Both the position numbers and the translations under genes were made by a program. A stretch of DNA of 41,376 bases from a virus (Duplodnaviria; Caudoviricetes). The notes below the pieces were generated by a model. That model had not been told where the DNA came from and made no database searches. It saw only the letters and a list, made by a program, of their open reading frames with translations. The stretch lies in the IMG/VR virus record IMGVR_UViG_3300012890_000079, positions 1-41,376 of that record; one strand, 5' to 3'. Every line of letters begins with the position of its first letter. Position 1 is the first letter of the stretch. Shown here in pieces: positions 18,112 through 26,665 of this stretch.

Positions 18112-18753
18112 TCAGGCGGCGAGCGCCAGCAGTTGCAGCTGGCGGCGGCGGCTGGCCAGCGTGGGGCCAGGGGCCTGGCTGCGCTGCTGCTGGTAGTCGG
18201 TGAGGCTGCGCTGGGCGGCCTCGGTGTCGGCGTAGGCCGGGTCGGTGACGGGGCACACGTCCGAGACGCGGCTGATTTTGCCTACCGTGCGCACGTAGAT
18301 GCCATCCTCGTCGTAGTCCCAGCTTGCGCCGTTGGGGGCCACGCGAAACGCGAACGAGGAGCCCACCACGTCGCCGCGCTCAATCTTGCGCATCACGCGC
18401 ACGTGGTCGGGGTCGAGCGGGTCGTAGGTGATGCGGTAGGAAAGCCCGCCGTCGGCGTCGATGGTGAGCTCCAGCGTGCCGGCGCCGGTGGTGCCGAGCA
18501 CGTAGTTGCGGTCATGGTTGAAAAGGCCTTTCACATCGCTCAAATCGGCGTCTTTCAGCGCGTCTTTGTCAATGATTTCCACGAAACCGCCCAGGTTTTT
18601 GCTGCGCACGCCCGTCACGATGGCCTTACCCACGAAGTATTCGGGGGTTTTGGGCTCACCTTCGGCGGCCGCACGGTACTCCAGGCCGACTTTTTGCCCC
18701 TCCGCAAAGCGGATTTCAGGGCCGTTTTGGGAGTTATTTAGGGGCGTTTTCAT
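18112..18753 (-). CDS. Prohead protease, HK97 family
   Basis: LFNHD...RGDVVGSSFAF...VTDPAYADT. Confidence 0.95.
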   Translation of the reverse strand: MKTPLNNSQNGPEIRFAEGQKVGLEYRAAAEGEPKTPEYFVGKAIVTGVRSKNLGGFVEIIDKDALKDADLSDVKGLFNHDRNYVLGTTGAGTLELTIDADGGLSYRITYDPLDPDHVRVMRKIERGDVVGSSFAFRVAPNGASWDYDEDGIYVRTVGKISRVSDVCPVTDPAYADTEAAQRSLTDYQQQRSQAPGPTLASRRRQLQLLALAA

Positions 18754-20062
18754 CTGGCTTAGGGTCGGTTTTGCCCGTTTTGGGCGGGTTTTTAAGCAAT
18801 ACTTTCTCGACCAGGGGCGTCGGCACCATGTTGAGCGGCACGTAGCGCTCGTCGCCACCGGGCACGTGGTCGCGGTCCTCCATGTCGGCGATGTCGTTGG
18901 CCGACATCAGGCCCACGCCCCAAAGCGTCTTGTAGAAGTTGGAGCGGGCGGCGAAGTCGCCGGCCAGCAGCGGGTCGCGGTCGAACTTGATGCGGTAGCC
19001 GGCGCGCTCGTCGAGGCGCAGCAGCTTGCGGCGGCATTCGTGCTCGGTGCGGGCCAGCCAGGGGCCCAGGCAGTCGGTCACGAACTCGATACCCTGGTGC
19101 TCGATGTTGTTGTTGGTGCTGCGCTCCAGGATGCCAATTTTGTGAGGCGGTACGCGGAAGCCGCGGGCAATCTCATCGGCCTGAATCTTGCGCGTTTCGA
19201 TGAACTGGGCATCGGCCGGGGGCATGCCCACGCGCTTATAGGTCAGGCCCTGCTCCAGCACAAGGGGCCGGTGACTGTTTTGCAGCCCAGTGGTTTGTGC
19301 TTCAAATTGCTTCTTGAGGCGCTCGGCTACTGGGGCATCAAGCTTGTTGATTGTCTCCAGCACGCCGCCGATGTTGGCGCCATTCTCGTAGAAATTGGAG
19401 CCGAACTTCTGGGCCGAGAGGCCGAGGGCGATGTTCTCGCGCATCACGCTCAGCACCGAGCGGCCGGTCACGCCGTTGAAGCCCAGGCCGGGAATGTGCA
19501 GCACGTCGGCCGCCGCGCGGGGCCGGGCCTCGCCGCTCACCTGGTACCACAGCTCGCCCTCGAACTCGAAGACGGTGACGTTGCGCGGGTGCACCCAGTG
19601 CAGGCCGGTGGGGTTGTAGAGGTTGTCGCGCTCAATCAGGGCGTAGGCGTTGCCCCACAGCGCGCAGGTGGCAATCATCAGCTCCCAGAAGTTGAAAGCC
19701 GACTGGCGCGGGTTGGGCTCCAGCGTGAGCAACAGGTACGCCGGGTGCTCGGTGGCCAGACGGTTACGGCCGCGGGTGCTCACATCCACAATCAGCAGCG
19801 GCAGCTGGGCCACGCTCTCGGCGATGACGCGCACGCAGGCCCAGACGGCGCTCAGCGTGACGGCGCTTTGCTCACTGACCGTAACAGCACCCGAACCGGC
19901 CGCGCCAGTACCACCGTTAGCCAGCCAGGCCAGGAAGGCCGGGTCGGCCTCGCCGTAGCTGCCGCTGCCCACGTGTGTGGCCAGCCCGCCCGCCGGCTGG
20001 TTGGGGTCGCCGGCTACGGGCAGCGGCTTGGCTTTGCGGTTGAGGAAGTCGAAGAGGCCCAC
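18734..20062 (-). CDS. Portal protein, HK97 family
   Basis: SAVWACVRVIAESVAQLPL...DAQFIETRK...FRVPPHKIG. Confidence 0.95.
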   Translation of the reverse strand: MGLFDFLNRKAKPLPVAGDPNQPAGGLATHVGSGSYGEADPAFLAWLANGGTGAAGSGAVTVSEQSAVTLSAVWACVRVIAESVAQLPLLIVDVSTRGRNRLATEHPAYLLLTLEPNPRQSAFNFWELMIATCALWGNAYALIERDNLYNPTGLHWVHPRNVTVFEFEGELWYQVSGEARPRAAADVLHIPGLGFNGVTGRSVLSVMRENIALGLSAQKFGSNFYENGANIGGVLETINKLDAPVAERLKKQFEAQTTGLQNSHRPLVLEQGLTYKRVGMPPADAQFIETRKIQADEIARGFRVPPHKIGILERSTNNNIEHQGIEFVTDCLGPWLARTEHECRRKLLRLDERAGYRIKFDRDPLLAGDFAARSNFYKTLWGVGLMSANDIADMEDRDHVPGGDERYVPLNMVPTPLVEKVLLKNPPKTGKTDPKPDENAPK

Positions 20063-20081
20063 GGGGTCGGATTAGCTTCAT

Positions 20082-20137
20082 CAAAGCTCCGATGCACCCT
20101 AGCCGGGGGCCCTATGCGGGCGGGGAAAAGCGGGGAA
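20082..20137 (-). promoter_or_regulatory. Putative late promoter, copy 2
   Basis: TTCCCCGCTTTTCCCCGCCC-N27-GGAGCTTTG upstream of the portal gene. Confidence 0.65.
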
Positions 20138-20140
20138 TGG

Positions 20141-21958
20141 CTAGTCCCAGCTAAATAAATCGTGGTCTTGGTAAATGTATTCGCTGACGACTTTGCCCGT
20201 CATGTAGCCGCCCAGGGCATTGACCAGCGCTGCCATACCATCAATCTTCTCCTTACTCTTGCCCTTGTCTAGCTTGATATTGCCCGCCGGGTCGCGGGCC
20301 AGCACCACGTTGCCACACATCCACGCCAGTACTGGGTTGCCGTAGTGGTGCACCTTCGCGTCGGCTACCAGGTTTTCTAGTTCTACCGTAGGGGCAGAGA
20401 GTGAAGCGAAGCCCTGCCGCAGTTCCTGCATAGGTACACCCTCTTCAATGAGCTGGCTTACTAGCATAGAAGCATTCCAAGGGTCGTAATCAATCATTTG
20501 CACTTGATAGGTGGCGCAGGTGGCCTCAATCTCGCTTTTGATGAAGGCGTAGTCCGTCACGTTACCGGGTGTGGCAATCAAATAGCCCTCATCTACCCAC
20601 TGACGGTAAGGCACAGCGTCCTTTTTGGTGCGCTCGTCTACCTTATCCTCAGGCACCCAGAACCAGCATCTCACGTCAAATTGCCCACCATCCTTGGGGA
20701 AAATCAGCACAAACGACGAGATGTCACGTGTTTTGGCCAAATCCAGCCCGCCCCAGGCCTTGCGGCCCGCCAGCTCACTCGGCGGGGTACCCTGCGCGCC
20801 CTGCGCCCATAGCTCGGCCGGCAGCCAAACCTCGGCCGAGTCCGTCCACAAGTTGAGGTGCTTCGTTTTGAAGGGCACCTGTTGGGAGGGTAGGCGCACG
20901 GCAGCTTTGTACTGCTCCCGCAAATACTCCAGGCCCAGCGACACACCCAGATTGGGGTTGGCCTTCTGCCAGGTAGTTTCATCCTGCCAGTCGTCGCCCT
21001 CATCGAGCGAGTAGATAAGCACGAAATAAGAATCATCGTGGTGCTGGCCTTCCAGCAGGCCGGCCAGTGATTTGCGCAGCTGGGCGCAGGGGCCCAGCCG
21101 ATTGAAGCCGGCCGTTGTGATGATGCTCAGCAGGGGCTGCGAGCGAGCGCCGGTGGCTGATTTAAGTACCGAGTACAGCCCATCGTCAGGGTGGGCGTGG
21201 TACTCGTCGATGTAGATGCCGTGCGGGTTAAGGCCGTCCTCGGTTTTCGAGTCGGCCGCCATCGGCTTCATCGTGCTCAGAGTGCTGGCCACAGAAATGG
21301 CATTGCGCTGCACGGCCACCTTTTTGAGTAAGGCCGTAGATTTCTTGGTCATGTTGCGCGCGTCGTCGAACACAATGCGAGCCTGCTCTTTTTTAGTGGC
21401 CGCGCAATAGATTTCGGCACCCGCCTCACCATCAAGCACCAGTAACTCCAAGCACACGCCCGAGCCGACCGTGCTTTTGCCATTTTTGCGAGCTACCTCC
21501 AGGTAAGACTCCCGGAAGCGCCGGGTACCATCGGCCCGCTTCCAGCCGAAAAGACTGGCAATAAAGAATTGCTGCCAGGGCTCTAGCGTAAGGGGCTGGC
21601 CAGCCCAGCGCCCTTTGTTGTGGGTGAGCAAGCTGAAGAACTTGACGCGTATCATAGCAGCCTTTTCGTCGAAACGCAGGCCTCGCTCGTGGCCCGTTTC
21701 GAGGTCGCGCAGGTGACGCTCAGCGGCTAGCCAGGTGTAGCGCCCCACCCGTACGGGGAGACTACGCAGTTGCGCGCGCAGCGGCTCCAGCTTGCGCTCC
21801 AGAGCGGCTATTTGGGCAGTGTGGTCTTTCTCCTTCTCCTTTTTGAGATTAGCGATACGCAGCACCATCGGGCGCAGCTTCTCCTGCACGGCGGCCTCGG
21901 CGCGGCCGGCGGTCGCCACGTCGTGGGCGTATTGGTGCCAGGGGGCGAGGGTGCTCAT
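20141..21958 (-). CDS. terL: Terminase large subunit
   Basis: LEPWQ, ARKNGKS, IDEYH, GLDLA, KIDG motifs; start MSTLAPW. Confidence 0.95.
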   Translation of the reverse strand: MSTLAPWHQYAHDVATAGRAEAAVQEKLRPMVLRIANLKKEKEKDHTAQIAALERKLEPLRAQLRSLPVRVGRYTWLAAERHLRDLETGHERGLRFDEKAAMIRVKFFSLLTHNKGRWAGQPLTLEPWQQFFIASLFGWKRADGTRRFRESYLEVARKNGKSTVGSGVCLELLVLDGEAGAEIYCAATKKEQARIVFDDARNMTKKSTALLKKVAVQRNAISVASTLSTMKPMAADSKTEDGLNPHGIYIDEYHAHPDDGLYSVLKSATGARSQPLLSIITTAGFNRLGPCAQLRKSLAGLLEGQHHDDSYFVLIYSLDEGDDWQDETTWQKANPNLGVSLGLEYLREQYKAAVRLPSQQVPFKTKHLNLWTDSAEVWLPAELWAQGAQGTPPSELAGRKAWGGLDLAKTRDISSFVLIFPKDGGQFDVRCWFWVPEDKVDERTKKDAVPYRQWVDEGYLIATPGNVTDYAFIKSEIEATCATYQVQMIDYDPWNASMLVSQLIEEGVPMQELRQGFASLSAPTVELENLVADAKVHHYGNPVLAWMCGNVVLARDPAGNIKLDKGKSKEKIDGMAALVNALGGYMTGKVVSEYIYQDHDLFSWD

Positions 21959-22170
21959 TCGGGCGTAGTAAACTTTTCCAGATGGTCGGTCATGGCTTGC
22001 GCGGCCTCCTCTGAGCCAGGCTTGCGCAGGGCTAGACGAATCACATCGCGCATGCTGGCGCGCTTTTCGGGCGACCATTCAGCGAGGGCGCAGGCGTCAC
22101 AGTAACCACGCTCGCGCACAGCTTTGCGTGGAAAGTGCTGCTGTTGCTGGCATTTAGAGCAAGTAAACAC
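21955..22170 (-). CDS. Small CxxC...CxxC zinc-binding protein
   Basis: CSKC...CDAC; ATGA coupling to terL. Confidence 0.6.
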   Translation of the reverse strand: MFTCSKCQQQQHFPRKAVRERGYCDACALAEWSPEKRASMRDVIRLALRKPGSEEAAQAMTDHLEKFTTPE

Positions 22171-22178
22171 GGGCTGAT

Positions 22179-22550
22179 TTATTTGGTAAAACTTAGATAG
22201 TGGGTAAGGGTGCCGTCTGCCGTCTCTTCATAGTCATCGTAATTGACTATGCCGTGCAGTGGGCAATAAATGTCCCCTGTGTCGTACACCACCCAGTGGC
22301 TCCCCATTTGGAAGGGATAGGTAAGCTTGAGAATACACAGCGCGGGTAAGGCCGCTTGCGTTTTGAAGCGTAGCAGCCGCTTGGCTGGCTTGTAATGGTA
22401 GTACTTCAGCGCCCAGCGTAGCACCTTAGCCGACGTGGCCCAGTCGTGGCAGAATACCGTGAGGCAGGAATTGAGCGACACGCCGACTATCATGGCCACG
22501 CAGCACTGGCCGCAGACAGTAGAGTCCTCGGGTTGGAGAATCAGCTTCAT
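22179..22550 (-). CDS. C39-like (papain-fold) cysteine peptidase
   Basis: LQPEDSTVCGQCCVAM and HWVVYD motifs; ATGA coupling to terS. Confidence 0.65.
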   Translation of the reverse strand: MKLILQPEDSTVCGQCCVAMIVGVSLNSCLTVFCHDWATSAKVLRWALKYYHYKPAKRLLRFKTQAALPALCILKLTYPFQMGSHWVVYDTGDIYCPLHGIVNYDDYEETADGTLTHYLSFTK

Positions 22551-23023
22551 CGGGCCTCGTCGATAAGTGCTGCCAGCGGGTCTTTTTCTTCCGTTGCACC
22601 CAGCGCCGACACCTTGGATCGGCTGGCTGGCGTCAAGCCAAACTCGGTAAGCATGGACTTGGCCCGACGCCACAAGTCGGCTTCCATAGCGACTTCGGGC
22701 CGTGCACGGAACACCTTGCCCCCGTCGCTCAATAGTTCGTAGACACGGCCTCTTTTGGCAATAGTGACCCGCACGCTTACCCACTGTGCGAGCACGTCAC
22801 AGAGCAGCGTCATGGCGGCCGTGTCACCGTACGAAACAATCTTCATTTGCAGTAATAAACCACCGATTTCCTGCCAGTATTCTTTGGCCATAGGTGTCAG
22901 CCAATCAGGCGGTAAGCCTAGTGCAACGTCGGGTATAGGCTCCTGCGAATTAGTGCGACTAGGTTGCAGCGTACCGCGGAGCTTTTTGAGGTGGGTTGGT
23001 TTGGGAGGGCGGCCGGCTGCCAT
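22547..23023 (-). CDS. terS: Terminase small subunit (P27 family)
   Basis: GRPPKPTHLKKLRG...PPDWL...EFGLTPASR. Confidence 0.95.
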   Translation of the reverse strand: MAAGRPPKPTHLKKLRGTLQPSRTNSQEPIPDVALGLPPDWLTPMAKEYWQEIGGLLLQMKIVSYGDTAAMTLLCDVLAQWVSVRVTIAKRGRVYELLSDGGKVFRARPEVAMEADLWRRAKSMLTEFGLTPASRSKVSALGATEEKDPLAALIDEAR

Positions 23024-23034
23024 ATCAGAATTTT

Positions 23035-23125
23035 CTAAGCGAATTATGCACGCGTGTGTTTGTGACTCTGGACTACGGTCTAGTGATGACGATGCCTGAG
23101 GATTTTGACCCCCTACCCCCTATGG
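23035..23125. other. Probable cos/packaging region
   Basis: Between the packaging HNH and terS; minus strand GGGGGTAGGGGTCAAAATCC...AGACCG...CACGCGTG, resembling HK97-like cos regions. Confidence 0.5.
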
Positions 23126-23319
23126 GGCATTTGCGGGACTTCTGCGGGCACCAATACCTCCACCTGGCGCACGACCATTAGGATGGGGTCGCCAGTCTTC
23201 TGGCAGGTGCCCCAGTGGGTAGCACAAGCCGGCGGGTAAGCGAAGGGCACGAACTCAACGGCTAGGTGGTCGCCACCACAGCGGGCGCAGTGAGTGACTG
23301 AGGTAGTGAATCGCTTCAT
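23113..23319 (-). CDS. Small Cys/His-rich hypothetical protein
   Basis: CARCGGDH...C; ATGA coupling. Confidence 0.55.
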   Translation of the reverse strand: MKRFTTSVTHCARCGGDHLAVEFVPFAYPPACATHWGTCQKTGDPILMVVRQVEVLVPAEVPQMPHRG

Positions 23320-23636
23320 TGTTGATTAGGCTGAATGGTGCGCTCGGTGGCACTCTTGGCCTGGTGGCAGGGGCGGCACAGGCTCTGGTAGTTGCTGCTG
23401 TCCCAGAAGTCGCCACCAAGGCGCACGGGCGTGATGTGGTCGCACACCGTGGCGGCCGTGGTACGCCCTGCCTTGGTGCACTCAGCACAGAGCGGGGCTC
23501 GGGCTAGCTGGGCAGCGCGGGCGGCCTGCCAGCGGGCGGTGCCATACTCGGCAGAGCGGGCGGCGTGCTGCAGGTATGTGCGCTTCTGAGGCGCGGGCTG
23601 CCAAGGCCTACGCTTGCTTGGGGGCAAAGAAGGCAT
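23316..23636 (-). CDS. Packaging-associated HNH endonuclease (HK97 gp74-like)
   Basis: PLCAEC...CDHITP...NYQSLCRPCHQAKS, upstream of terS. Confidence 0.9.
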   Translation of the reverse strand: MPSLPPSKRRPWQPAPQKRTYLQHAARSAEYGTARWQAARAAQLARAPLCAECTKAGRTTAATVCDHITPVRLGGDFWDSSNYQSLCRPCHQAKSATERTIQPNQQ

Positions 23637-24015
23637 CGGGCAGCATCGGAAAGAAGCCAGGGAATGCGGGGTCGCCGGGCACGAGGCAGAGCGTAAGCGA
23701 CTCGGCCGCGCCCACTGTGGCAGCGGGTAGCTCCACGTCATGCAGGCGGGGGCGGGTATCGGCGTACCACCGCACGCGGTTGGTAGCGGCGGGGCGCAGG
23801 TCGAAGTGCCAGTACGGGTGGCCGGCGCTGGGTGGTAGCAGGTCGGCTGGCTGGTTAGCGCGCAGGCCCAGCGCCCGGGCCAGGGCAGTGGAGAGGTACA
23901 CGCGGTAGGTGCCGGGCCGCTTGGTAGGGGCAATGCGCAGGCTGGGAAAGAGGCCACGCGGGGGCGGCACGTAGTCGGCTGGATTGTAGGTGGGCAGTAT
24001 CGTAGGTAGAGACAT
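23608..24015 (-). CDS. Hypothetical protein
   Basis: Start MSLPTILP; GC-rich phage-like codon usage. Confidence 0.65.
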   Translation of the reverse strand: MSLPTILPTYNPADYVPPPRGLFPSLRIAPTKRPGTYRVYLSTALARALGLRANQPADLLPPSAGHPYWHFDLRPAATNRVRWYADTRPRLHDVELPAATVGAAESLTLCLVPGDPAFPGFFPMLPDAFFAPKQA

Positions 24016-24071
24016 TTTTGCAGAGGTAGCGCGTGTGCGTAAGATACGAAATGAACTGATAACCTGAGCGA

Positions 24072-24350
24072 TTAGTGCGGACTTGTGATGATGGCAATGG
24101 CCTGGTCCACGGTGTAGACGATGTGGTACTTGGAGCCCCGCCAGCTGTCTCGAAACTCGGCCTCGCCGGGGGTGAGCTTGTCCTTCTCGGTGGCTTTTAT
24201 CTCCATCAGGAAGGTGCGGCCGCGGTAGCCGACGAGCAGGTCGAATGCGTTTTTCAGGACGTGGCAATGCAAAACCGAAGCGCCGATACCGCGCAATGCT
24301 CGCACGATATCGGCCTGGTTTGCATCCGCTCGGGATGCCATTCGGAGCAT
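24072..24350 (-). CDS. VRR-NUC-like PD-(D/E)XK nuclease; N-terminus supplied by HNH cassette 2
   Basis: DANQ...FDLLVGYRG...MEIK...KLTPGE. Confidence 0.85.
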   Translation of the reverse strand: MLRMASRADANQADIVRALRGIGASVLHCHVLKNAFDLLVGYRGRTFLMEIKATEKDKLTPGEAEFRDSWRGSKYHIVYTVDQAIAIITSPH

Positions 24351-24592
24351 TATGACTTTGGTTTGTGCAGATATTGGCGCAGACTCGACAAAGGCAGCCT
24401 ACCACTGAATACTCTGCCGGTAGCTACATCTTCCAAAGTGTAGTGCGTAGCGTAGCCCACACCACAATGCTGTCGAACAGAAGCATGCACCTTAAAAAGT
24501 TTACCTGGTAAATAAGTTGGAGAGGTAGATTTTGGCTTGCCCTCAAGCAAGGCCCCGATTTTCATGTCGGTATATTCTAGTTTTCTTTTCAT
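24350..24592 (-). CDS. Hypothetical protein (cassette cargo)
   Basis: 80 aa, AT-rich, TAATG coupling to the nuclease. Confidence 0.65.
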   Translation of the reverse strand: MKRKLEYTDMKIGALLEGKPKSTSPTYLPGKLFKVHASVRQHCGVGYATHYTLEDVATGRVFSGRLPLSSLRQYLHKPKS

Positions 24593-24595
24593 GTC

Positions 24596-25015
24596 CTAAG
24601 CAGCGTGACGGGCGCGGTATTCTCGCCCACGGTTTTGGTGACAGGTTTTGCACTGGCGGCTGTTGCCGTAGCGGTAGATGTTCTCCTCGGTGAGCGGGTG
24701 ACCATGCTTGCACTCGGTTTTCACCGTGTTGCGGTGCCGACCCGCCTCAGCCATGTCGGCCATGTTATCAGCCTGCGTGCCGAGCACGAGGTGGGCGGGG
24801 TTGACGCATGCCCGGTTGTGGCAGGTGTGGCGCACCACTTGGCCGTCGGGAATGGGGCCGTGGGCAAGCTTGTAGGCCACACGGTGAGCACCATCCGCCT
24901 TGCCTTCATGCCAGGCGCGGCCATAACCCTCTGTGCTTATTTGACGAGTCCAGTTCCAGCAGGTATCGGTCTTTTCTGCCTGCGCCCAAAAGGGGTTTTG
25001 AATGTTGATTTCCAT
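24596..25015 (-). CDS. Free-standing HNH homing endonuclease
   Basis: FWAQAEK..CWNW...AHRVAY...[15 protein letters not shown]...CKHGH...CKTC. Confidence 0.9.
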   Translation of the reverse strand: MEINIQNPFWAQAEKTDTCWNWTRQISTEGYGRAWHEGKADGAHRVAYKLAHGPIPDGQVVRHTCHNRACVNPAHLVLGTQADNMADMAEAGRHRNTVKTECKHGHPLTEENIYRYGNSRQCKTCHQNRGREYRARHAA

Positions 25016-25042
25016 GCTATAATTTACGAATTAAAATGCAGA

Positions 25043-25162
25043 TTAACAAGTAATTATAAAACAGTTCTTGAGCTGGTGCAGGTGTAGGACGGTGGCGCCA
25101 ATAGCCCGCAACGCTTTCACGATTGCGGGCTGGTTGGCATCGACCTTGGCGGCGGTGCGCAT
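25043..25162 (-). pseudogene. Stranded original N-terminus of the VRR-NUC-like gene
   Basis: [35 protein letters not shown] then IITC-stop; TAATG coupling to the upstream gene. Confidence 0.85.
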
Positions 25163-25437
25163 TAGGTTCGTTGGCTGGCCAGATTCAGTATCTGAGGCAG
25201 CGCATCGGTGAGCGCATCCCGGAAGTCCTCATTGCCGCGCGCCGCGATAAGCAGCGCCTGCACTAGGTGGTCCGGCGTGCCGCAAATGCGGGCGCTGCTG
25301 TTGGGGGTATTGCGCGGGTCTACTGTGAGCACGAGCGCAGAGGGCATTAGGTGGTCAGCAACTGTATCCTCGTGGTCATCACACCACTCGCTCAATTCTT
25401 GGAAGGCTTCGTTCAGGGCTGCAATAGCTGGTATCAT
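25162..25437 (-). CDS. Hypothetical protein
   Basis: Start MIPAIAAL by ATGA overlap with the HNH stop. Confidence 0.65.
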   Translation of the reverse strand: MIPAIAALNEAFQELSEWCDDHEDTVADHLMPSALVLTVDPRNTPNSSARICGTPDHLVQALLIAARGNEDFRDALTDALPQILNLASQRT

Positions 25438-25976
25438 TTGCTTGGGGTGGCCGTAGCCGTTGAGGGTGAAGAAATACACGAGCAGATGCCGCAAGTCCCC
25501 TCGCAGTAAGGGGTAGTGCTATCGCGGCGACGAGCGCGGAAAGCATGGGTGCCGGCCAGATTGCAGGTTTTACACACCCGATATGGAGCCCGGCCAGGCC
25601 TGTGTCGCAGGACGGTATTCTCAGGCGTGAACTCATGCCCGTGCTTGCAATGCGTTTGCTGCTGCTTGGCCGCCCGACCCTTCTGGGTCATATCCTCGGA
25701 GTTCTGTTTTGGAGTGCCCAGGAATAGGTGAGCGGGATTGACGCAAGCCCTGTTGTCGCACTTGTGGCAGACCAATAAGCCGGGTGAGATGGGGCCAATA
25801 TTCAGTTCATATGAAGCTCTGGGCGCTTTCAGCATCTTGCCATTTAGGTTGATGACGCCGTAGCCGTTGCTTACCAAGCTTTGAGTCCAGACCCAGCAGT
25901 CGCCAGCAGGCCCATGCCCATCTGCCTTATCTACTTTGGCCCAGAAACGAGCCTCAAACGTTGCGCTGTTATCCAT
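25434..25976 (-). CDS. Free-standing HNH homing endonuclease (cassette 3)
   Basis: RFWAKVDK...CWVW...[15 protein letters not shown]...[14 protein letters not shown]...CKTC. Confidence 0.9.
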   Translation of the reverse strand: MDNSATFEARFWAKVDKADGHGPAGDCWVWTQSLVSNGYGVINLNGKMLKAPRASYELNIGPISPGLLVCHKCDNRACVNPAHLFLGTPKQNSEDMTQKGRAAKQQQTHCKHGHEFTPENTVLRHRPGRAPYRVCKTCNLAGTHAFRARRRDSTTPYCEGTCGICSCISSPSTATATPSK

Positions 25977-25977
25977 T

Positions 25978-26484
25978 TTAGGCTTCTGATTGAGGTGATA
26001 ATGATTCGCACTGGCCGTTGCAGTAGGGCGCGGGCACTGGGCTGGCCGAGAGCGGAAACTGTGCCTCGGCCTCCGTGGGCACCTCCCACAGCGAGAGCTT
26101 GCCCTTGCAGGGGATGGGCGTGGCGAAGGGCTGCACGTGGCTCAGTGCCCACGCTACTCGCCCATTGGAGTAGTCGCCGCAGGCTAGCTCTACCTCACCG
26201 AGCACGAGGTTCCACGTCTCATCCATCTTGTGCATCTCATCGACTGAGCACATACCCAGGACGGCGCCGCGCGGGAGCGTGTCGAAGGTGAGATTGTGCT
26301 GGGCTAGGATGCTGGAAATGATGGGGTCGGTTTCGCACACCTCGCGGGCCCAGGCCGGCTTACCAGCGCTGGCGGCGATGGCCAGTGGCCCCCGATGCGT
26401 GGTACCCCACGAGCGGGTTTCGTACTCTTTGTAGCCCAGCATGATGAGCGTGGCCCATGGCTGGAGTAGGCTAATGGCTTTCAT
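25978..26484 (-). CDS. ASCH-domain protein
   Basis: [36 protein letters not shown]...KGKLSLW. Confidence 0.9.
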   Translation of the reverse strand: MKAISLLQPWATLIMLGYKEYETRSWGTTHRGPLAIAASAGKPAWAREVCETDPIISSILAQHNLTFDTLPRGAVLGMCSVDEMHKMDETWNLVLGEVELACGDYSNGRVAWALSHVQPFATPIPCKGKLSLWEVPTEAEAQFPLSASPVPAPYCNGQCESLSPQSEA

Positions 26485-26621
26485 TTGGGGCAGTAGGTTG
26501 AGGTTTGGGGTGTAGCATCCTGGGCGGGGTCCATCGGCGGCCAGTGGTGCTGCCAGCAGTGGCCGTACTCGCTGAGCGGCTCGTGGCACTCGGGGCAATG
26601 GGTGTCGGGGTTCATAGGCAT
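26481..26621 (-). CDS. Mini zinc-finger-like protein, ~46 aa (not in the ORF track)
   Basis: MPMNPDTHCPECHEPLSEYGHCWQHH...; ATGA coupling to the ASCH gene. Confidence 0.5.
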   Translation of the reverse strand: MPMNPDTHCPECHEPLSEYGHCWQHHWPPMDPAQDATPQTSTYCPK

Positions 26622-26665
26622 AAAAGGATGTCTTAACAAAATGCTGATATTGAAGAGCGTAGCGA

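Larger units (their letters stand above)
24243..25057. mobile_element. HNH cassette 2 (HNH, 80-aa cargo, replacement N-terminus)
   Basis: Bounded by duplicated ~35-codon heads at 25058-25162 and 24243-24350. Confidence 0.8.

Noticed and set aside
18506-20158. 550-aa + strand ORF and similar long antisense ORFs
   Set aside because: Shadow frames of GC-rich minus-strand genes with no motifs
24243-25057. Group I intron or intein containing the HNH
   Set aside because: No recognisable catalytic core or room for one, and a complete replacement N-terminus makes splicing unnecessary
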